In this document: positions 56,390 to 64,000 of the stretch, piece by piece
How the letters are laid out: every line of letters begins with the position of its first letter
How positions within the stretch are numbered: the stretch's first letter is position 1
DNA from: Lobosporangium transversale
Lineage: Eukaryota
DNA length: 64,000 nucleotides
Assembly (NCBI RefSeq): GCF_002105155.1
Contig: NW_019028980.1
Coordinates: 124,001-188,000, forward strand
Reading direction: 5' to 3'
The notes under the pieces: generated by a model
Databases searched by the model: none
What the model was told of the DNA's origin: nothing
What the model saw: the letters and a program-made list of their open reading frames with translations, nothing else
Program-made: the position numbers and the translations under genes

Positions 56390-56620
56390 CGAGCAAAAAC
56401 CGTCCATGGAAGTTTGCGTACTAAATTATTGTTTACTAGCCGTAGATGGCCTGCTTCCGTGAACCATAAATCTAGCATTGCTATAAAGCTGTCGCTTCTC
56501 CACGAAATACGAGTTTTACGGCCGGTATAGTCCAGGAGGCCCTACTTGATGTATAGTCAAGTGATGTGTCGCCCGAGCTATGTTGTCTGCACCATTGTGA
56601 TCTCAATCACGCTCCTGGCG
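56390..56620 (-). ncRNA. Candidate omega-RNA scaffold region at the 3' end of the Fanzor remnant
   Basis: A GC-richer, stem-rich segment overlapping and following the Fanzor stop codon, in the position where TnpB/Fanzor omega-RNAs lie. No expression evidence. Confidence 0.35.
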
Positions 56621-57781
56621 GCAACTGGGACATACGATGGCGCAACCAACTAAGTTTCTAACGTTTTTGCATCTGCAGCACACCATCGAAGTGCGTCATT
56701 CATCAGCACACATGGTATTCAGTCTAAGTGATTTTATCTATCAACGATATAAAAAAACTTAGTCGATAACGTTTTCTATTAATTAAGCGTGCCATCCAAT
56801 TTGTTGCTATTGCCTTTTTTTAAGCAGAGAAAAAAATCGTTAGTAGAGTGTCTCGTCACAGCCTGAAGCAAACTCACCATCACCCAAGACAAACAATGAG
56901 TGAATGGAGTCCTTTCATGACTTTCCTTTACATCCTGCTGCAATCATTGTTCTATCGATTCCTTTGTTCTCAATAGCTGTCAGTGCTTCCCATAATGCTG
57001 CACTGACCTCTTGTTGCTTTTTTACGTCCAAATACGACCTTTGAAAAGCAACTGCGGAGTTATAGCCACTTAAGCCTTTAGGTGGGTAGAGAATTTATTG
57101 GTAGTCAAAGCTTGGCTCTCCAGCCTCTTGAGCTAATTGGTGCGTACGGGGTCTATTTTGGCTAGCGTGGTATATATGGCCTTTACTCCTCTTTTGCGAA
57201 AGAGGCTTTAGTTCAAGGTAGACTGGTGGGGGAGTTGGAGTGGCGAGCTCAGCAGCAGCTTGATAGTATAAGCCTGCAGTAGCCGAGGGAACCAATGTCC
57301 CCTCTACCCGAGGAAGCTCCAGCTTGTTGTCCTCTTGAGTAGGACAAACACAGCTGAGCTAAGAAGAGCAACCTGTGTCCATGCAAACCACTCAGCCAAG
57401 CTCGACTCCAAGCTCAGCTCCTGTTGCTTCTTCTTTACGTCTTCTTTCTTCCTTTTCTTTGTTTTCCCATTCTCTCTCCTGCTCAAGGAGAGCAAGTAGG
57501 GCACACTCGCCAATCGAACTGTAGATCCTGTCATATAACTTTTCTTCATCCTCTGCATCTTCCGCTTGCTGGTCTGCTAAATCCTCCACAGGTCGTGATT
57601 GGATGGTATGTGGCACAGCCCGCCAGGACTTCCGTGCTCGGATGATGTGTCGTACACCCGATGTGGCGCCGCTCGGCGGAGGAACGCTTTTCGAGTAGTT
57701 CGAACCGCCATAAACAGAACTTGACAGGCAAGTGGCTTGTGAGAGGTACAGTAGACGTCGAACGTGTGGAGCGTGCGGCAA
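56516..57781 (-). pseudogene. Decayed Fanzor (eukaryotic TnpB-family RuvC nuclease) gene, transposon-derived remnant
   Basis: One minus-strand frame read through stops gives ...ELGVELG*VVC (RuvC-I position) ...GYNSAVAFQRSYLDVKK...LFVLGDGEF...RFFSLLKK [intron-like 56738-56813] IKSLRLNTMCADE*RTSMVCCRCKNVRNLVGCAIVCPSCRQERD*DHNGADNIARATHHLTIHQVGPPGLYRP*. This matches RuvC-II E, CxxC..CxxC zinc ribbon and RuvC-III DRDxNxAxNI. The 5' boundary is uncertain. Confidence 0.82.
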
Positions 57782-58279
57782 ATATAATCTTTTTTTTTTT
57801 TTTTTTTTTTTTTTAAAGCTGAGCTGATAAAATATATGAAAGCGGTGAAAAACAAAGACCCTGAAGAAAACGGAAGCAGAGATTCAAAAACACAGGCGTA
57901 TTGAGGATTAGAACAGTAAAACAAAGAGGACAGGTTTACGTTTTAAATCTCCAGTTCATCGTAGACGCGGTCTTGGATAAACTTTCAAAAAGTTAAAAGT
58001 GAGAGTCATAAATTAAATTAGAAGACAACCAAATCACATTTTGGCATCCAGTAGGGCTATCTGTGTTTTCTCGGTAAAAAAACATCTGATATTTAATCAC
58101 TCTAAATCGAATAAAGACTCCTGCCACCAACAGATGAGTGAACCTTCAAGCTGTTATCAATGAATCCACCTATTAATTTTTTCATCTTTTTAATATAGAT
58201 ATTGACTTCTCTTATGCGTTACTTCCATGCAACACGAACACAGCCCGATCTGCCTCTCTTCGTTGCCAGATTCGTATCC

Positions 58280-60178
58280 TCAGGCACCTTCCCGATGATA
58301 ATCGAGTGGAGAATTATTACTTAAGCCACTATTATCATCATCTCTGCTGTCGTTACTATAGTTATTACTAATATTACTACCGCTACTGAGGCTGCTGTTG
58401 TTCTGTGAAATCAAATACCACCTTCGCTTACACTGATCTCTCGATATTGTGGGGTTACTGCCCATCATGGATGAGATCTTGACCCAATTGATCTTTTGAT
58501 GGTTCGGGAAATGTTGGTGTACCAGCTCTTCCAGCCGTCTTGTTAATGGCTCCGTCCAAGCCATAGGATGGTTCCTATCCATCCAGATCCTTGGAGAATA
58601 CAGTGGTGTTGATGATGGAAATGGTGATGACGGTATGAGTGCTGAAGCCTCAGAGGCATAGCGCACATGCCTTGAAATAGTATGTTCCTGTGACATAGTT
58701 GGTAATGGTTGTGCTGCCAGTAGCGAATGCTCGTTGATGATTGTAGACTGGCGATTTCTATCAAAATTAAGATCCATGGCTTCAATATCCAACGTCATAG
58801 CTCGCTTTCTCTGCAATCCTTCATTTAGCTGCTGCTGTTGCTTTTCTATCTCGCTCATGCTCCTTAAGGCACCCCTCTCATCAAATGGAGTCTCAAATGG
58901 AGTCTCAAAGGGAGAAGCATCTGGGTATTGGGGTGTCCTCAAGGATGATGTTGAATGGTGTCTGCCATGACGTGAATTCCGCGTTAGCCCTGTTGTTGGT
59001 GGCACTTCCGTATTAGACTGCCGCTGCTCTGGTTGCTGCTGTTTCAGCTGACGTTGTTCTGCTTCGCGCGTCTCCAAGAGGCTCCACATAGTTGAGATCC
59101 CAGCTGAAGAGCGCTCTGGAAGGTACTTTTCTTGAATTTGTCCCCATGATGGCCCAAATTCTTGATAACCACGTTTAAGTAGATTGATCTCTTCCTCTGT
59201 CCCCATGCGCCGGCGCATGATCTCCCATTTATTCTTGCACTGCTTTCGTGTGAAGACATTTCCCATCTGGGCTGCTACCCAAACCCAGTTAATTCGGTAA
59301 GATCCCGGAAAATAAAACTCGACCAAGTTTTTGAGGTACTCTGATCGCTCTGGAGTCCAGATACGAGCCATACGTTGATGTAGCTGGTACCGCTGTTGAT
59401 TTTGTTGGTTCAACTGTGCGGGAGGTTGTGCAGTGCCGACAGGAATATGATTATGCGGGCCATACTGCTGCCGATGTGGTTGTTTGTCGTGATTCTGTCC
59501 CATGTCATCGTCCTCATCTTCTATATTATCCTCATCATTTTCAACACAAAGGAGTGGCTGACTTGTTGAAGTTGTTATTACTCCCGATACCGTCGCCTTA
59601 GAATGATTGGACATCGCATCCTTGGTGCAATCGGACAACATGGCCATATTGTCTTTGGAGGACCGCATGCTTGATTCACCTGAAGTGGCTGTGACTGAAG
59701 GTGTGCGAAGTCTACTCGCGTTAAGCTCATAAATGTAACTATAATTATCCTGCCTTTGTTGCAGCTCCCAATTTTGCCCCTCCTCTTTATCCTCTCTTGC
59801 TCTCTCAAGTTCCTCTGATTTTTCTTCATATTCTTCGTTAGAGTCCGGGATTTCCGCATAAAGTCGTATATATTCTTGTTCGATCTCCTCTGCAGTCCTA
59901 TCCAGGTTCATGAGAGTCTTGGCTTGATACCATTGACCATAAAGTTTGTATTTTTCTACCGCGATATAGAGCGACTCTTGCTCAGTACTGGTCCAGGCTC
60001 GTCGCATGTTGGGTCTCCATTTGAGAGCAGGAGGCTGCTCGAGCTCCAGTGCCATTCTTTTCTTTTGTCTTTTATTCTCGTGATCATTACGTTGATCTGG
60101 TTGACTAGTATCCTTAAACTGTGGCTCGTAGCTGAGGTTGCTAAAGTCGTTGTTATCGCTGTTATCAACATTACCCAT
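58280..60178 (-). CDS. Myb/SANT-repeat protein (about four Myb-like repeats), single exon
   Basis: Myb-like repeats RRAWTSTEQESLYIAVEKY..WYQ, IWTPERSEYL..INWVWVAAQMG..TRKQCKNKW, TEEEINLLKRGYQEFGPSWGQI and AWTEPLTRRL..INWVKISSMMG..SRDQCKRRW. Confidence 0.88.
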   Translation of the reverse strand: MGNVDNSDNNDFSNLSYEPQFKDTSQPDQRNDHENKRQKKRMALELEQPPALKWRPNMRRAWTSTEQESLYIAVEKYKLYGQWYQAKTLMNLDRTAEEIEQEYIRLYAEIPDSNEEYEEKSEELERAREDKEEGQNWELQQRQDNYSYIYELNASRLRTPSVTATSGESSMRSSKDNMAMLSDCTKDAMSNHSKATVSGVITTSTSQPLLCVENDEDNIEDEDDDMGQNHDKQPHRQQYGPHNHIPVGTAQPPAQLNQQNQQRYQLHQRMARIWTPERSEYLKNLVEFYFPGSYRINWVWVAAQMGNVFTRKQCKNKWEIMRRRMGTEEEINLLKRGYQEFGPSWGQIQEKYLPERSSAGISTMWSLLETREAEQRQLKQQQPEQRQSNTEVPPTTGLTRNSRHGRHHSTSSLRTPQYPDASPFETPFETPFDERGALRSMSEIEKQQQQLNEGLQRKRAMTLDIEAMDLNFDRNRQSTIINEHSLLAAQPLPTMSQEHTISRHVRYASEASALIPSSPFPSSTPLYSPRIWMDRNHPMAWTEPLTRRLEELVHQHFPNHQKINWVKISSMMGSNPTISRDQCKRRWYLISQNNSSLSSGSNISNNYSNDSRDDDNSGLSNNSPLDYHREGA

Positions 60179-60458
60179 GAGTTGGTGTGTTTCTAATGAT
60201 AATGATAATGGCTGGAAGGAAGAAGAGGTCTGATTCTTTTCATAATAATCTGTGTGTAAACATGCAAGTGTATATGAATGAAAGAGTCAAAGTGAATAAA
60301 TGCTTGAGCATTCACTGCCAACAAAATAAACATCGAGGGAGGAGAAGGGAGAGGAAACGATAATTTTACCGTAAAGCGATCCGAGGAGGTGTCCAAAAGC
60401 GGTGGATATGCTAAGCAGCGAAATACAAGAGGATACTCAAAGAAATATACGAGTTGTG

Positions 60459-60489
<31 letters not shown>

Positions 60490-61966
60490 GGAACAAAGCA
60501 AAGCAAAAAAGATGGATAAAGGAGAATAAAGGGAAGAGTAGCCACGCCGACCGACTACGCCTTTTGCGCCCGTGTCCCTTTTCAACACCGTTCAACACAG
60601 CATATTACGACATATAAATGTGCGCTTTCTTTAGATTGATGCCCCTGAACTATAAAGGCATGGGTACTCTTTCGACCCGCCAAAAACCATAAAAGTGCCA
60701 ATAGCCCAAAATCAAAGGTAGCTACTCGATGCTTGTTGATCTTCCAAATCTACCAGTATTTGGTGGAATTAGTCCGCATTCCTGAATAGCTGCCATTTAG
60801 GAAGATTACTGAGAGACAGGATTCGTGTTGTTCAAAATAATAAAACTTGACTAAGAGCCATCTAACCCTTGAATCTCGAGCCAAATAATGCCTCTGAACG
60901 CTTCAATAGGGTTATGGCGTGCTTTTGGGCCGCAGAAAAGACAGTATTGTCTCTTTTGTGTAATAGGAGATATGAGGTTTATTCCTTGGGGCCGAGCATT
61001 TTGAAGTTACGCCCGCTAGAGAAAATACAAATGGTTCTCGCTTTCCTCGTACTTTCAGCGCTTCAACAGTTCAAGATCTGTGACGTAGTTATCAAAAGAT
61101 GCATGTTTGCCAAAGCATGGATACATCCCTTATAAAAGTCCATGTGTATGCTAAAAAATTGACATGTAGCAGCGTTCAAATGTTTATATACCCTCATATG
61201 AAGCCCGAACAGTCGTCAAACAAAATAGACTTAAAATTGATTTTGTTGATTCCTATAGTTTTTTATTGTACTTTTCGAGGGCGCCATCTATCAAAGTTAT
61301 AAACTAGTAGTAAGATAAGCAAAGGTGTGGCTCGTTAACTTGCTAACTGGAGATGCTAAGTATACGGTCGCCTGACCTTCCTCTTGTTCCTTCTTTTTGC
61401 TTGTATAACACTCCTGGCTGCAGGGGAGTTGGAAGAGGGGAAGAGGAATGAGAGATGGGAGTGTGATGACTATTTAGTAAAGCAAGAGGAGAGCATTGTA
61501 TTCCAGCCACAATTCCTTCATGGTCCATCATTGGACAGCAACAGCGATTTACACATAGCTTTCATCTCTCCAACTGAGTTTTAAGGCATTCGTTTTTGAT
61601 TGATGTGCTTCATAGCTTGGTTTCTTTGAGCATACTGACGACAACAGCATAAAAAAAGTAATCGGCTAAGAGAATCGAATGAATATATACATGAGGGAGA
61701 AGACGAGGAAGAGGAATAAAAAAAAGGAAGCAGACATAGTGAGAAATGTTTCAAAAGGGATTGTTCGGTGCATGGGTGTGTAGAGAATTGAGTTGTTTTA
61801 AGAGGAAAAAAGAAAGCTCTGACCATACTCATAATAGTTATAATTATAATGCCAATGCACGGGCCACTTTTCTTTCCCTTGAATTTATTCAAGGTTTAAT
61901 AGCCTTGGGAGCATGGAAAACCCATCCTATGATTGCACATGTTTTAGATCATCGCTATGTGATAAT

Positions 61967-64000
61967 TCACCAAAGAGCTTTACTATTTTTTGGCTTCGTT
62001 GGGAAGCCTTGCCTAGGGGACTGCGCAGGCCACCCCCCCGGCGTTCCTCTTACTGCGTGGCCCTTTGTGTCAGTGCCTTGTCTCGCAAATGGTGGTCTGC
62101 CATCAAACCCTGGTGGAGGCGGTTTGATCCAAGGTCCCTCTCCGAATATTTTAGGGCGACCAAGAGAGCCCCAAATATCCCACAGGAAAGCTATGAGGAA
62201 GCTCATTAACGCAATCATTCCTAAAAACACGCTAGAATTATACATATCGCACCTATTATCATTAAAATAGATAAGTAAGTAGTTGATAAATCAAAGATAG
62301 ACCTTTTTTTTCCTTTTTTTTCTTTTTTTTTTTTTTTACCATCCATTTTGACCACCAACGGCGCAAGGGAACTTGGAGATGCAAATAAAGATATCGACGA
62401 ACCAGATCAAAGTCATAAGAATATCAAGTCCGAATAGAATATAACGCTTCATCTTTTCCCGTCGTCGTAGGCGTCGGCTCAAATAGTTGAATACAAACAA
62501 AAAACTCACAACCATTGAGAGTATAGCAACGATATAATGGAACGCAAGCCCCGCTTGGCTCGAAAACGGCGAGGGAGACTTTGACACCTGATAGGCGGGA
62601 AAAGATGACATTCAATATGAGTTATTGTTAATAATTATGGGAAATACTATATGGCAAGTCAAGAAACAAAACCAGCTCAATGTTTGTATTTGCTCTGCCT
62701 ACCGGAGATGCTGCAATTAGTAGCACGAGGACAAACACACTTGAGAACAAGCTGATCAGGCGAAGGATCAGCCGCCTCTTGTTAGGTTTTTTGGGAGGCT
62801 CAAGCTGATCCTCTATTTCCTCTTCGTCATCCTCATCCACAGCTGTCTTTGTTACTCCTGATTGCTGTGCGGCTGTTATTTTTGATTTGTCTTGTAAATC
62901 TACAGTATCTTCAGGCATCTTCTTATTGGATTGGCTACCAGCCGCAGGCACTGGAACCAACGTTGATTCGAACTCCTCCTCATTATTTATGTCGTCAGGG
63001 CCGCCAGGCGGGTATCCATGGAATCCACTATGAGCACCACCTCTACCAACGCCATAACCTCCCTCATACTCTACCCTGTCGTTGCCACGGTGCTGATTTT
63101 GATGACTTCTACGATAGTATTCTTCCGATCGGCGATCCCAGTGGCGCCCATCATCTACCACATTTGCCCTATAATTGCGGTACTGCTGTTCCTGTTGCTG
63201 TTCATGCATTCGGATTTGATTCATCGCGGCTATCCTTTCTTTTGGGCCGTATCCATATCTCCTATCAGCGCTGCTCAGATAGCTTCCTCCTCCTCGCGGT
63301 GGCGGTGGCCGTAATGGTGAGGTCATGAGTCTATAATCTGCAGAGTCCATAGATAACCTATAGCCACTTCCCGGACGAATGGGACGACTAACACGACTAG
63401 AGCGGAATGCATCTGGAATAGATGACAGCGCTGCCTCTCGATCTCGATCTGTCATTGCTGCTGCAGTAGGTGCTGCAATATCATGATTATTTTTGCGTTG
63501 ATTCGCTACCCATTCCTTAGCTCTGCTTAACCTATCAGGAGTCTCCACACGTTGGTTTTGCCTAACTGCCGCTGTTGCTACTATCTTGGTATTACCAAAT
63601 TCAGATGGTATCACTAATGCAGAGTCGGATCTAGAGGTTGTAATATGACCCAATCCAGCTTGGCGCTGTACACCGGGGCTTGTGCTCAATGCGCCCTCAT
63701 TATGGATCCCATCGGGCTCGCACCTTTCCCTCTCCCTTCCTTCGTCACGACCTCTGTATCGTTGCTCATACCTCTCTTGTCTTGGTGAATACTCTTCATA
63801 TTCATATTCACTTGCTGGCAGACTCAGAGGCCTGGTTGGGCGTTGATATGAACGCAAACTATCTTGTGATGATGATAAAAACGGCGGTGGTTGATATCCA
63901 ATGAAAGGGGTCGATTGTTCAGCATAGAGCCCGCGTTGTTCATCATCTGGCCAATACGATCCTGAACTCCTACGATCCTGCAGTCCAGGTGGCGGTGGAG
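61967..64000 (-). CDS. Four-TM MARVEL-like membrane protein with a long disordered N-terminus; 5' end lies outside the window
   Basis: The frame is open to position 64000. Four hydrophobic helices lie across three exons: LRLISLFSSVFVLVLLIAA, AFHYIVAILSMVVSFLFVF, LFGLDILMTLIWFVDIFI and (WCDMYN)SSVFLGMIALMSFLIAFLWD. There is a Cys pair in the second loop. Confidence 0.72.

Noticed and set aside
60700..61300. Coding-like intergenic stretch, including the 88-aa ORF 60869-61135
   Set aside because: No recognisable motif in the frames I read; I cannot support it as a gene or pseudogene.

Overview
Intron-rich, AT-rich eukaryotic DNA. The gene content, short GT-AG introns and F-box/RNI-like gene family point to an early-diverging fungus, most likely Mortierellaceae (inference). 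About 17 host genes can be built by hand. In order: an F-box/RNI-like protein (5' cut off), FANCD2, RVS161/hob3, a GST, a class I SAM methyltransferase, glycogen synthase, TOM40, a catalytically dead MoxR-like AAA+ protein, SPN1/IWS1, an Esc1/DevR-like bHLH, a fungal CSL (CBF1/Su(H)/LAG-1) factor, a GCL-like BTB protein, RPL21, SLU7 head-to-head with SF3B5 (absent from the ORF track), a small basic orphan ORF, a multi-Myb protein and a MARVEL-like membrane protein (5' cut off). There is also a decayed F-box pseudogene. The main hidden signal is a decayed Fanzor (eukaryotic TnpB-family RNA-guided nuclease) gene on the minus strand at ~56516-57781. Reading through its stop codons gives ADE*RTS-x2-CCRC-x11-CPSC-x4-D*DHNGADNI. 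It carries an apparent spliceosomal intron and a stem-rich 3' region where an omega-RNA would be expected. All family assignments are by motif recognition; no database searches were run.
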